Shown: piece after piece, positions 17,587 through 27,001 of the stretch
How positions within the stretch are numbered: the first letter of the stretch is position 1
Layout of the letters: the number at the start of each line of letters is the position of its first letter
DNA from: a virus
Direction: 5' to 3' (one strand)
IMG/VR virus record: IMGVR_UViG_3300028384_000673
Coordinates: 1-45,351 of that record
Length of the DNA stretch: 45,351 nucleotides
Notes under the pieces: generated by a model
The model's database searches: none
Seen by the model: the letters and a program-made list of their open reading frames with translations, nothing else
Told to the model about the DNA's origin: nothing
Program-made: the position numbers and the translations under genes

Positions 17587-18024
17587 ATGCCATATTCTGG
17601 AAGATACAGACCCTCAAACAGACATAAGTATAAGGGGGATCCCACAAATATTATTTATAGAAGTTTATGGGAAAGAAAGTTCATGGTCTGGTGTGATAAG
17701 AATGAAAATATTCTTGAATGGGGTTCGGAAGAAATTGTTATCCCCTACGTCAGTCCTGTTGATAATAGGGTTCATCGCTATTTCCCCGATTTCTACCTCA
17801 GAGCAAGAACAAGGGACGGAGGGACTCAGAAGTTCATTATTGAAGTTAAACCGCAAAAACAGACTGTACCGCCAAAGAAGAAATCTAAGCGTATAACTAG
17901 ACAATATTTGAGTGAAGTGAAGACCTATGCTGTCAATGAAGCGAAGTGGAAGGCAGCAGAGGAGTATTGTAAAGACCGTAGAATGACATTCAGGATACTT
18001 ACCGAAAATGAGTTGAAGGTATGA
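17587..18024 (+). CDS. gp4: head completion nuclease (TnsA-like)
   Basis: KYKGDPTNIIYRSLWE, WGSEE, RYFPDF, IEVKP, NEAKW. Confidence 0.93.
   Translation: MPYSGRYRPSNRHKYKGDPTNIIYRSLWERKFMVWCDKNENILEWGSEEIVIPYVSPVDNRVHRYFPDFYLRARTRDGGTQKFIIEVKPQKQTVPPKKKSKRITRQYLSEVKTYAVNEAKWKAAEEYCKDRRMTFRILTENELKV
17652..17659 (-). promoter_or_regulatory. late promoter for gp48, inside gp4
   Basis: TATTTATA on the plus strand is TATAAATA on the minus strand. Confidence 0.65.
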
Positions 18025-18488
18025 GCATCTTTACCGACATCAAAGATCTAGCAGGAGGGCAGAAGAAGTCTAAGGACTGGTATCGCTCTCAGGCGTTCTA
18101 TGGGTTCCAAGACTCCAAGGGATTTAATGTTGGAGATGTTATCTATTTTGCTTATACTGCCCAAACAGAGAGGTTACCTTTCTATGATCGGTATCCGATG
18201 GTATTGATAACTGACATCGATTTGCCCAATAAACAGTTCTCTGGTGGTAATTTACATTATCTGAGACCTAACGTTAGACGAAGTGTTGCTAAGAGTTGGG
18301 GTGGGGGATCTGTATCATATCCTATGAGATGCCATCATAAATACTTTATGTCAAATGCTAGTAATATTAAAACTGTGCCCGCCGTTGACTTATTAGATAT
18401 GACACCTTTGCCCTTAGAGCAATTCGTAACTGATGTTGCAGGTCGATTATTGGACACCCCGAGCAGTTTTATTTGGAGTAGAGTTTAA
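18021..18488 (+). CDS. gp2: DNA end protector protein
   Basis: LPFYDRYP, GNLHYL.P, HKY. Confidence 0.85.
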   Translation: MSIFTDIKDLAGGQKKSKDWYRSQAFYGFQDSKGFNVGDVIYFAYTAQTERLPFYDRYPMVLITDIDLPNKQFSGGNLHYLRPNVRRSVAKSWGGGSVSYPMRCHHKYFMSNASNIKTVPAVDLLDMTPLPLEQFVTDVAGRLLDTPSSFIWSRV

Positions 18489-19198
18489 TGGGAAATCCCA
18501 ATAGATTTCAGGATTTTAGGGAGCAGATTGCTACTAATCAACTCGCACCTGCTACTAGTAACCTCTTTGAGGTTCGTATTCCACCTCCGTCGATTATGGG
18601 AGATACTAATCTTTCCAGAAAGGCATCCAGTACCATTAACTATTTTGCTTCCACGGTCACTGTTCCTAGCAGAGCAATCACTACTGGCGAAATCAATAAT
18701 GTTGGTATGATGAGGAGGTTTGCCACTGGTCAGACGAACTCAGAAATTAGTATGTCATTCCTTGTCACCAAGGATCAGAGACATCGTAGATTCTTTGAGA
18801 AGTGGATGCACAGCGCAGCATCTGATTCTGATAACACGGTTGCATTCTATGATCAATATGTTGTTGACATGGAGATCATTAAGTGGGAAAATGGTGCTAA
18901 TTTTAGAGTTATAAAAAGAGAAGGAGATATAGGTTTATTCAACCCAGCACAATCCACTGCTGTATATAAGATCTTTGGTGCTTTTCCTACTAATATCAGC
19001 ACGATGCAGTTTGACAACGAACAAACTAGTCTAGTTCAGATGGACGTTCAGTTCTATTTTGAACGTTATAGAATGGATCAAGTATCTGCTGGTACTCTTA
19101 AATATGATGGAAGACCTCAGAAGACTATTCTGTGGGATGAACTTCCTGATAAGATTGCTGGATCTGGTAACCCAGACGTTCAGCGATTTAGTGTATAA
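18488..19198 (+). CDS. gp54: baseplate tail tube initiator
   Basis: NLFEV, VPSR, FFEKW, AFPTNI, V.F.F; synteny. Confidence 0.75.
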   Translation: MGNPNRFQDFREQIATNQLAPATSNLFEVRIPPPSIMGDTNLSRKASSTINYFASTVTVPSRAITTGEINNVGMMRRFATGQTNSEISMSFLVTKDQRHRRFFEKWMHSAASDSDNTVAFYDQYVVDMEIIKWENGANFRVIKREGDIGLFNPAQSTAVYKIFGAFPTNISTMQFDNEQTSLVQMDVQFYFERYRMDQVSAGTLKYDGRPQKTILWDELPDKIAGSGNPDVQRFSV

Positions 19199-19201
19199 AT
19201 A
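19194..19201 (+). promoter_or_regulatory. late promoter
   Basis: TATAAATA upstream of gp26. Confidence 0.7.
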
Positions 19202-19223
19202 ATTTTATCGTAATTTTCACATC

Positions 19224-19925
19224 ATGCCTTTACCCAAACTTGCAGTGCCTGAATACGACTGCAAACTGCCTGTTAGTGGGCAGAAAGTCTCTTACCGTCC
19301 TTTTCTTGTAAAAGAAGAGAAACTGCTGTATCTCGCTATGGAGACACAGAAAGAGAAAGAGATGATCAAAGCGGTCAAGAATATCCTCAAAGCATGTACT
19401 GACCTCAAAAGTGTAGATTCACTTCCTACCTTTGAACTTGAATATCTGTTCTTGCAGATTCGTTCTAAGGCAGTTGGTGAGACTAGTGAATTCAAGATCG
19501 TCTGTCAAGATGATGGAGAAACTGAGGTTGAAATTGAACTGAACCTCAATGATATTGAAGTTCAGATTCCTAAGGATCATAAGAAGATCGTCGCTCTCAC
19601 TGATGAAGTGAAGATTCAAATGAAGTATCCTGCTCTGGATGCTTTCGTTGAGCGTAACATGACTGATGATCCCGACATCGAGGATGTCTTTGAACTTGCA
19701 GCATCATGTATCGATAAAGTATACGATGGTGATGAAATCTTTGACTCTTTCACTAAGAAAGAAGCAACTGACTTCATCGGTGAAATGAATAATGAACAGT
19801 TCGCCAAGATTCAAAAGTTCTTTGAAACTATGCCCAAACTGTCCCACACTATGGTAGTTACTAATCCCAAAACGGGAGTAGATAATGAAATCGTGTTGGA
19901 AGGACTGGCATCTTTTTTCGCATAG
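19224..19925 (+). CDS. gp26: baseplate hub assembly chaperone (ends in a slippery site)
   Basis: MPLPKL, YRPFLVKEEK, EYLFLQIRSKAVGE, FFETMP, LEGLASFF. Confidence 0.88.
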   Translation: MPLPKLAVPEYDCKLPVSGQKVSYRPFLVKEEKLLYLAMETQKEKEMIKAVKNILKACTDLKSVDSLPTFELEYLFLQIRSKAVGETSEFKIVCQDDGETEVEIELNLNDIEVQIPKDHKKIVALTDEVKIQMKYPALDAFVERNMTDDPDIEDVFELAASCIDKVYDGDEIFDSFTKKEATDFIGEMNNEQFAKIQKFFETMPKLSHTMVVTNPKTGVDNEIVLEGLASFFA

Positions 19926-19930
19926 CATTG

Positions 19931-20116
19931 ATGCATGATAGTCTTATGAATCACTATAAGACTAACTTTGCATTAATGCAACATCATAAGTACAGTCTAA
20001 CTGAACTTAATGACATGATGCCTTGGGAACGTGACGTTTACGTCAACCTTTTGATTGCACACCTAGCAGAAGAAGAGAGACGTATGAACAAAAACGATAA
20101 CAGCGTACCACTCTAA
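19931..20116 (+). CDS. gp51: gp51-like baseplate hub assembly protein; possibly the -1 frameshift extension of gp26
   Basis: NFALMQHHKYSLTELNDMMPWER; frame is open back to the T6 run at 19913. Confidence 0.8.
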   Translation: MHDSLMNHYKTNFALMQHHKYSLTELNDMMPWERDVYVNLLIAHLAEEERRMNKNDNSVPL

Positions 20117-22863
20117 TGGCAGCAACGCTTAGAAAATACCTTAGTGTAAAACCAACAAGCGGTAGTGGGTCTCTAAATGAGGCAGTAAAGACTATCACAG
20201 TCGCCCACAACCGACTTGGTGGTGCCATTACATATATGGGTCAGCAAGTTATTGACTTCAAAGAAGTCTTTAATATCCATAGAGATTTCACTCTGGATTA
20301 CTTCAAGAGTGAGCAAGAATTATTACAAAAAGAGCACGAATTTAAGCAAGAATTAATTGAGAAGAAGACCGATATTCTTGGTAGAAAGAAAGGACTAGAA
20401 CAGGATAAGAAAGCAGAAGAACAGCAAGAAAAAGTAACAGATAAGCAGGCAAAAGATCAAGGTAAGAAGTTAGCGAAGAAAGAGAAGAAGAAGTTTGGTT
20501 GGTTCAAAGCATTCTTTGATGGATTAAAACCAATATTTGAGGTTATCGCTCAATACGTAGCAATTTTTGCTGCTTACCAGTTTATGGACTGGTTGAGTGA
20601 TCCGAAGAATAAGAAAGCGATTGAGACGATCACACGTTTTGTTGGTGCGTTGTGGTCATTCAGCAGGAAACTTGCTGAATTTGGTATCAATAATGTCATG
20701 GATGGTATCACGAGAGTGTTTACCGATGATCCAACCAAAGAAGGCGTAGCAGAAGTCTTCGATGACATGTTTGGTGTTCTTCAAATCATTGGAGGACTTG
20801 CAGGACTGTGGGCAGCATCTCGTGTGCTGATGCCATGGAAACTGATTGGTGATGTGAAGTTCATGACCAGTCTTGGTCGTGCTGTTTCTGTTGCAGAAGA
20901 AACTGACGGTGGTGGCAAGAAAGGGAGACCCAAATCTAAACCAGATAAGAAACTCAAAGCAAAGAGACCCCAAGCAAAGACGAAGAAACCCAAAGCACCC
21001 AAAGTTAGTCCCAAAGGAAAGGGTGTATTTGGACGCACTTTTGATGGTCTGAGAAACTTTGGATCAAAAGCAAAGAGAAACATTTTTGCAGCAGGTAGTG
21101 CAGTTAAGAACGTCTCTGTTGGTGCAATCAATTTTATTGGAGACAAAGCAAGAGGTCTCTGGTCTGGTGCTAAGGAGTTTGCTGGATCTGCATGGAAGCA
21201 AGGTGAAAAGATTGCTAAATCTATCGGCAATCTTGCAGAACTCGCCAAAGATCCGAAGAAACTTGGACAAGTCGTAAAATCAAAATTAAAAGCATCCTTA
21301 CAAGGCGTCGTTGAAAAGAACGACACTATTAAGAAAATTAAGGATGTTGCCAAGAATCCGAAAGGGTCAGGTAAGAAGTTAATTGTTGACCTCTTCAAAG
21401 GTGCAATTAAGAATCCAGGATTTAAGAATTTCAGAGAGTTCTTGGGTGGTGTCAAGGCAAACTTCAAGATCGGTGGTATTGATACTGTTATCGCCGCTTT
21501 GCTGGGTTTGCTTGATTATGGTATGTTCGGTGAGTCACCTATCAACGCTATTGTTAATGCATTAGCAGGTCTGCTTGGGTATTCTGCTGGTTTTGCTATT
21601 GGTGCTCCCTTCGGTGGTGTCCCTGGTTTCATTACTGGTGCTGCTGGTGCATTTGCTGGTGAATGGATTGGTAACAAACTGTTGGAAGGTTTGGGTACAG
21701 CATTCCCAAATCTCTTAGAAATTGATGATCCTGTCGCCAAAATGATCGCTGAGAGTGGTGAAGGTGGATTCAATGAGATGTTCAAGAATCGCAAACTGCT
21801 GCGTGATCCTAGTACCGAAATGCCTGGGTTTGAGGAAGCAGCAGAACAAGAACTCGCCGCAGGTGGTTCGATTCATCCATATCTAACTAAAATGGATGAT
21901 CAGAATATCAAAAAAGCATATGCTCCAATAGGAAGGTGTGTTACAGGTAGTCTTGATACTATGTTGAAGAGTGGAGTTCCTGAACCCGCTGCTACTGGAA
22001 ATGATGTTGGTAACAATCCCCGAGGTGCAATTTCTCAGTTGATGCAAGCACCTTTTAACTGGAAGAGCATGGGTGGCGCTTCTAAGACACTTAATAGTCC
22101 ATATGGTACTGTTCAAGCAGGTGTTTATACTAAGAATCAGTATGGAGAATTAGTAAATAGCGGTAAAGTTCCTTCTGGTGCATTAGTATTCCAGTCTAGG
22201 TATAACGATTGGAACGGAACTGCTAAGAATAGTAGTGGTTATGATATGGCGATTGCTCAGAAAGGTGGTAAAGAGCACTGGAATGGGCAAAAGATGCCAC
22301 AATATGTTTATGGTGGTTCAACTAAAAAGATTATTGTTTTGACTCCAAATGGCAAGAAAGGAGATGGTAAATCTGCACCTATAATCGGTAAGGATGAATC
22401 GACGAGTGATCAAATTACACCAGGTGAGGCACCATCTGGTACTGATTATGCTACTGGACTTACGGGAGTAGAATCTCCATCAGTAGCAGGTGAAACTACA
22501 CCCCAACCACCTAGCAAACCGATGACTGCCATGGAGGCATTTCAGTCGGTTGGTGGATTGGATATGCTCAATTCATTCCTGGGTGATATTGGAGGATCCG
22601 ATTTAGGTCGGAGTGGTTTTGGCACAAGTCCCAGTCCCAGTCCCGTTGCTACACCTACGGAGATAAAGCAAGAGGAATCCCTAATAAATACCAAGAGTAG
22701 TCAACTTGCAACAGCATCAGCAGATAAGGTGAGAAGAGATAAGCAACAAGGTCAAGCAAATACTGCTGTTCTGATGTATAGACAACAGATTGGTGTCCCT
22801 GGTCCACCAGGAACACAAGTTGTTAAGTCATCTCCTTCACCATCACCTTTGGTTATTAAGTAA
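20116..22863 (+). CDS. tape-measure-like protein 1 with a papain-fold amidase-like domain
   Basis: coiled N-terminus, amphipathic and glycine-zipper segments, LAAGG, GRCVTG...GALVFQ; follows gp26/gp51. Confidence 0.65.
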   Translation: MAATLRKYLSVKPTSGSGSLNEAVKTITVAHNRLGGAITYMGQQVIDFKEVFNIHRDFTLDYFKSEQELLQKEHEFKQELIEKKTDILGRKKGLEQDKKAEEQQEKVTDKQAKDQGKKLAKKEKKKFGWFKAFFDGLKPIFEVIAQYVAIFAAYQFMDWLSDPKNKKAIETITRFVGALWSFSRKLAEFGINNVMDGITRVFTDDPTKEGVAEVFDDMFGVLQIIGGLAGLWAASRVLMPWKLIGDVKFMTSLGRAVSVAEETDGGGKKGRPKSKPDKKLKAKRPQAKTKKPKAPKVSPKGKGVFGRTFDGLRNFGSKAKRNIFAAGSAVKNVSVGAINFIGDKARGLWSGAKEFAGSAWKQGEKIAKSIGNLAELAKDPKKLGQVVKSKLKASLQGVVEKNDTIKKIKDVAKNPKGSGKKLIVDLFKGAIKNPGFKNFREFLGGVKANFKIGGIDTVIAALLGLLDYGMFGESPINAIVNALAGLLGYSAGFAIGAPFGGVPGFITGAAGAFAGEWIGNKLLEGLGTAFPNLLEIDDPVAKMIAESGEGGFNEMFKNRKLLRDPSTEMPGFEEAAEQELAAGGSIHPYLTKMDDQNIKKAYAPIGRCVTGSLDTMLKSGVPEPAATGNDVGNNPRGAISQLMQAPFNWKSMGGASKTLNSPYGTVQAGVYTKNQYGELVNSGKVPSGALVFQSRYNDWNGTAKNSSGYDMAIAQKGGKEHWNGQKMPQYVYGGSTKKIIVLTPNGKKGDGKSAPIIGKDESTSDQITPGEAPSGTDYATGLTGVESPSVAGETTPQPPSKPMTAMEAFQSVGGLDMLNSFLGDIGGSDLGRSGFGTSPSPSPVATPTEIKQEESLINTKSSQLATASADKVRRDKQQGQANTAVLMYRQQIGVPGPPGTQVVKSSPSPSPLVIK

Positions 22864-25352
22864 TGGCACAGGCAAGACTATATAAAATGATCACACCTCC
22901 CAAACTCAGTGGAAGGGGAGGAGGAATCACTGTAAAGATTGGTGGTAAGACTGTCACATCTCCTGCTGACGGATTTAGAAAGAATGTATCGGCAATCAAT
23001 AGTCTTGGTGCAACTATCAATAGTATTGCTATTGTCCTAGAAGAACTCAAAGAGTCTTTTGCTAGTTACACTTTCCAGCACATGAGTTTGTTGGAAAGTA
23101 TCAGAGACATGAGAGAGGATCACCTCTTGGATGAGAAGACTCGTCTTAAAAATGTCGAAAAAGAGGAAAGAAGAGAAGAAGGACTACGACAAGACACACA
23201 AGCAGAGGAGAAGCAAGAAAAGATAAAACCAAAGAACAATAGTGTCATTAATGGTGCTAAGGCAGTAGCAAAGACCTCTCTGGGTTTCTTTGAAGCATTA
23301 GCATCATTGTTTGACGGTATCTTCAAATCTCTGGTGGTCTACCAGTTGATGGATTGGTTGGGAAAGAAAGAAAATAGAAAGAAAGTTGAACGATTATTAA
23401 GCACCATCAAAACGATGGTAAAGTGGTTTGCTGAGAAGGCAGCATTTGTAATTAGTTTTGGATTAGAAGGTCTGACTGATTTTCTTGAAAATCCACTAAG
23501 TTTTGAAGGTATATTTGGTTTAGTTAAATTCCTCGGTGTTCTGGGTGCAGTATTTGCCCCAGTTGCCATGATAAAACTGGGTCTCCTTGGTGCTGGTGGT
23601 GTTTTAACACTATTCCGCAAGGGTGGACTATTCAAGGCAATTAAAGGTCTCTTCCGAGGTATTGGGGGAATGATCAAGGGTCTTATAGGATTTGTTAAAG
23701 GCAGAGGACTTGGTGGTCTTCTGGTAGGTGCAGCAGTGCTTGGTGCTGGTGTTGGTCTTAGTTATATGCTTGGATCGAATGAAGAAGAAGAAGAAGATCT
23801 CGAACCTGACACAGAAGAACCTGCCACACCGATGTCGAAGGGCGGTAAAATTCCAGAACTGGCAAAGGGTGGTTGGATTACTGGTCCTCAGTCTGGATAT
23901 CCCGTGTCTCTGGATGGTGGAAAGTCCACGTCATTCATTGGTCATGGAACTGAATATGTTGCAACTAGATCTGCTGGTGGTGGACTAGGTGCAGGATTCG
24001 TTGTACCATTTGATACTCCTGCAACTAAAAAAGATCCTGGTTTGACTTCACGTCGTATCGGTGAAGCAACTGGTAAAGGATTTAGTTTACCTAAGTTCGC
24101 TAGTGGCGGTGAAGCAACTGGTAAAGGTAAAGGATTTAGTTTACCTAAGTTCGCCAGCGGTGGTGAAGCAACTGGTAAAGGATTTAGTTTACCTAAGTTC
24201 GCCAGCGGTGGTGATATGGACTTCTTGGGCAATCTGTCTCGTGCCATGGGTGGCATGTTGCAGACGTTTAGACCTCCCGAGTATGCTGCTGGTGGTCTCC
24301 TTGATTTCATCGCATCTGGTGAAGGTGGATATAACTCCATGAATCAGGGTACGATTGGTAATAGTATTGTTGGTTCTACTCACGATTCTTCTTCCATTAT
24401 TGGTAAGAAACTCACCGACATGACAGTTAGTGAAATTATAAAGCGTCAGGATTATCTGATGAATCCTTCCAATCCACAAAAGAGTAACTATGGTGCTTTT
24501 GCTGTGGGTCGCTATCAGGTTATTCCTGGTACTATGAAGACCATCGTGAAGCAGATGGGTATTGATAAGAACCAGAAGTTTGATAAGAAACTCCAAGATA
24601 AGATTGGTATGGGATTGATCCAATACAAGAGACCTTACGCTTGGGATTATATCAAAGGAAAGCATAATGATAGAGCAGGTGCTATGAAGGCACTTGCAGC
24701 AGAGTGGGCGTCTCTACCTGATCCTGCAACAGGTAAATCCATGTATGGAGGTGGCAATGCATCCTCACATACTGTTGGTGAGGTTGCTGCCGCTCTGGAC
24801 GCTGCTAGGGGCGGTGCTCCGATGGTCTCTGATGATCCTAATATGAATCTAGCATCAGCATCACCTTCTGCTGGGGGTGCTACTGCTCTTGCTGGTGCTA
24901 CTGCTCCTGGTGGTGCTACTGCTCCTGCTGGTGCTGCTGGTTCCCCAAGTGCAAGTGCTCCGCCACCTGCACCTATGTCTACTGAGGACGCTATTGCTAG
25001 TGCTCAACCTAAAAAACCCATGACTGCCGCAGAGGCATTCCAACAAATGGGTGGTGTAGATCTTCTGAATCAATATCTTGCCGATATTGGTGGGATGGAT
25101 AAGAATAACTCTGGTGAGAAACTTAGTCAAGCAGAATTAAAAGAGAAAGAAAAACAAGCAGAGGGTGGTGCTGGCGGCAAAGTAAGTGTCCAAGCAACAG
25201 ATCTTCCTCCTGTTCAACCACCAGTTATAGAACCTCCACCGCCAGTTGCAGCAGGTGGTTCTGGTGAATACATAGTTCCAGCAAATGAATATCTGCAACC
25301 TCGTTTTGGTTTATTCTCTGACCTATCATCTACTGCTCGTGAATTAACATGA
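22863..25352 (+). CDS. tape-measure-like protein 2 with a lambda-lysozyme-like domain
   Basis: LLDFIASGEGGYN, AVGRYQ, QDK, EWASLP; multiple xAxGG motifs. Confidence 0.7.
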   Translation: MAQARLYKMITPPKLSGRGGGITVKIGGKTVTSPADGFRKNVSAINSLGATINSIAIVLEELKESFASYTFQHMSLLESIRDMREDHLLDEKTRLKNVEKEERREEGLRQDTQAEEKQEKIKPKNNSVINGAKAVAKTSLGFFEALASLFDGIFKSLVVYQLMDWLGKKENRKKVERLLSTIKTMVKWFAEKAAFVISFGLEGLTDFLENPLSFEGIFGLVKFLGVLGAVFAPVAMIKLGLLGAGGVLTLFRKGGLFKAIKGLFRGIGGMIKGLIGFVKGRGLGGLLVGAAVLGAGVGLSYMLGSNEEEEEDLEPDTEEPATPMSKGGKIPELAKGGWITGPQSGYPVSLDGGKSTSFIGHGTEYVATRSAGGGLGAGFVVPFDTPATKKDPGLTSRRIGEATGKGFSLPKFASGGEATGKGKGFSLPKFASGGEATGKGFSLPKFASGGDMDFLGNLSRAMGGMLQTFRPPEYAAGGLLDFIASGEGGYNSMNQGTIGNSIVGSTHDSSSIIGKKLTDMTVSEIIKRQDYLMNPSNPQKSNYGAFAVGRYQVIPGTMKTIVKQMGIDKNQKFDKKLQDKIGMGLIQYKRPYAWDYIKGKHNDRAGAMKALAAEWASLPDPATGKSMYGGGNASSHTVGEVAAALDAARGGAPMVSDDPNMNLASASPSAGGATALAGATAPGGATAPAGAAGSPSASAPPPAPMSTEDAIASAQPKKPMTAAEAFQQMGGVDLLNQYLADIGGMDKNNSGEKLSQAELKEKEKQAEGGAGGKVSVQATDLPPVQPPVIEPPPPVAAGGSGEYIVPANEYLQPRFGLFSDLSSTARELT
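24060..24209 (+). repeat. three in-frame tandem repeats (48/54/48 nt)
   Basis: GGTGAAGCAACTGGTAAAGG(TAAAGG)ATTTAGTTTACCTAAGTTCGC..., encoding GEATGKGFSLPKFASG. Confidence 0.95.
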
Positions 25353-26971
25353 CAACAGCAAAATCCTTCAAACTAAGTAAAGTTGATGTTATTTTTGCTG
25401 ATGGTAGTAAATCAGACATCAGAGATTTGGTAGGTGAGTTTAATTGGTTTGAATCTATTGATTCTCCTTTTATTAGATGCGACTTCGCTATTCTGGATTC
25501 TATTCAATTTGATGATAATCTCTTAGGTAGTGAACTGATAGATATTACCTTTGAATCTTATGCTGGAACGGCATCAGATACATCTAAGACTTATAACAAA
25601 AGAACTAAGAAAGAAGTTATCAAGCATCAACTACAAATCTATAAGATTGGTAGTGTTGTGAAGCAAGAGCGTGTCAAGATGTATATCTTACACACTGCAT
25701 CACCTGAAATCTATAAGAACGAATCTGAGAGAGCATTTGGTCAATTTGGTCCAGCGTCTGGTCGTGCCGACATCGTAGAACGCATGTTGTTGAAGAATCT
25801 AGATGCCAATAAGAAGAAACTGTATATTGAAGGATATTCAAAGATGAATGTCTTATCTCCTAGTTGGCGTCCTGTTGATCTGATTAGTTATATTTCAGAT
25901 AAGGTTGTAAGAACTGATGCATCCAATAAAAAGAAGAGATCAATGCAGAAGGGCGGTAATGCTCAATCTGGATTCTTGTTTTTTGAAAACAGACTTGGGT
26001 GGAACTTCTTGTCTATGGATTATCTGTGTGAGCAGGATCCTGCAATAACATATATCTATGCACAGTCTAATGTAAATGATAACTCTGCTGCTGCCAATGC
26101 ATATACTATTGAGAACATTAAGTTCCCTGATAGAGCAAATCAATTAGAAAAATTAAGATTGGGTGTGTACAAAAGTGTCACCCATGGTATCTCTATGTCT
26201 CAATCAACTGATAGTCATACGACACAACCAGGTGCTTCTAGTAGTTTGCAGTTTGATAACTATTTCCGAACGCTTGGAGATGATTATGAACCACCAGCAA
26301 CTGATGAATTGAATAGTCTTAGTGCTGATCAATTAAAGAAACTGTACAATAAAGAGGAGACACAAGAGAACAGATTCTTTACTGCTGGTCTTGATAAATC
26401 TTGGTCATGGGAGCCTCAAAAAACAGGCAAGAAAGGTACAAGAACTGACAAACAGATTGAGGTTGACGAGAAACTAGGTAAACCATCAGGAACAATCACT
26501 GGACCTCACGTCTCCAATATCTTCTCGGTATTTCAAAAAGCATCTACGATTCATAAAGGATTTCCTTACGAACCAGATAAAGCAGAAGCAATTACGAAGT
26601 TGCATCCAACTAGAACTAAATTTAAGATTCTTCCTACTAATATAAATCAAACCGCTAGTGCCCCCAATGGTGGTGCTGATCAAGCACCTGTTAATGTGAT
26701 TCAAGCAGCAGCATACTCAGCAGCACGTTGGAGTCTTCTTAATACGCATACCCTGACAATAACGGTGCCAGGCAATACAGCACTGTACGCTGGTGCTATC
26801 ATCAAAGTGAAGTTACCATCATCTCAACAGAAAGGATCTAAAAAGGTCAAACGTGATGAGATGTATAGCGGTAACTATCTGATCAAGGGATTGCGTCATC
26901 TTTGGAAGAAAGACGGTATTACAACTGAATTGTTCCTGTGTAGGGACTCTCTCCCAGTGTCAGATAAATAA
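25349..26971 (+). CDS. baseplate hub protein (gp27/GpD-like)
   Basis: FESIDSPF, FLFFE, TVPGNTALYAG, YSGNYLI...H; synteny. Confidence 0.7.
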   Translation: MTTAKSFKLSKVDVIFADGSKSDIRDLVGEFNWFESIDSPFIRCDFAILDSIQFDDNLLGSELIDITFESYAGTASDTSKTYNKRTKKEVIKHQLQIYKIGSVVKQERVKMYILHTASPEIYKNESERAFGQFGPASGRADIVERMLLKNLDANKKKLYIEGYSKMNVLSPSWRPVDLISYISDKVVRTDASNKKKRSMQKGGNAQSGFLFFENRLGWNFLSMDYLCEQDPAITYIYAQSNVNDNSAAANAYTIENIKFPDRANQLEKLRLGVYKSVTHGISMSQSTDSHTTQPGASSSLQFDNYFRTLGDDYEPPATDELNSLSADQLKKLYNKEETQENRFFTAGLDKSWSWEPQKTGKKGTRTDKQIEVDEKLGKPSGTITGPHVSNIFSVFQKASTIHKGFPYEPDKAEAITKLHPTRTKFKILPTNINQTASAPNGGADQAPVNVIQAAAYSAARWSLLNTHTLTITVPGNTALYAGAIIKVKLPSSQQKGSKKVKRDEMYSGNYLIKGLRHLWKKDGITTELFLCRDSLPVSDK

Positions 26972-27001
26972 TAACTAGACATCTAATTGGAGGTGTAACA
27001 C

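Noticed and set aside
24060-24209. Possible CRISPR-like array
   Set aside because: Contiguous in-frame repeats with no unique spacers.
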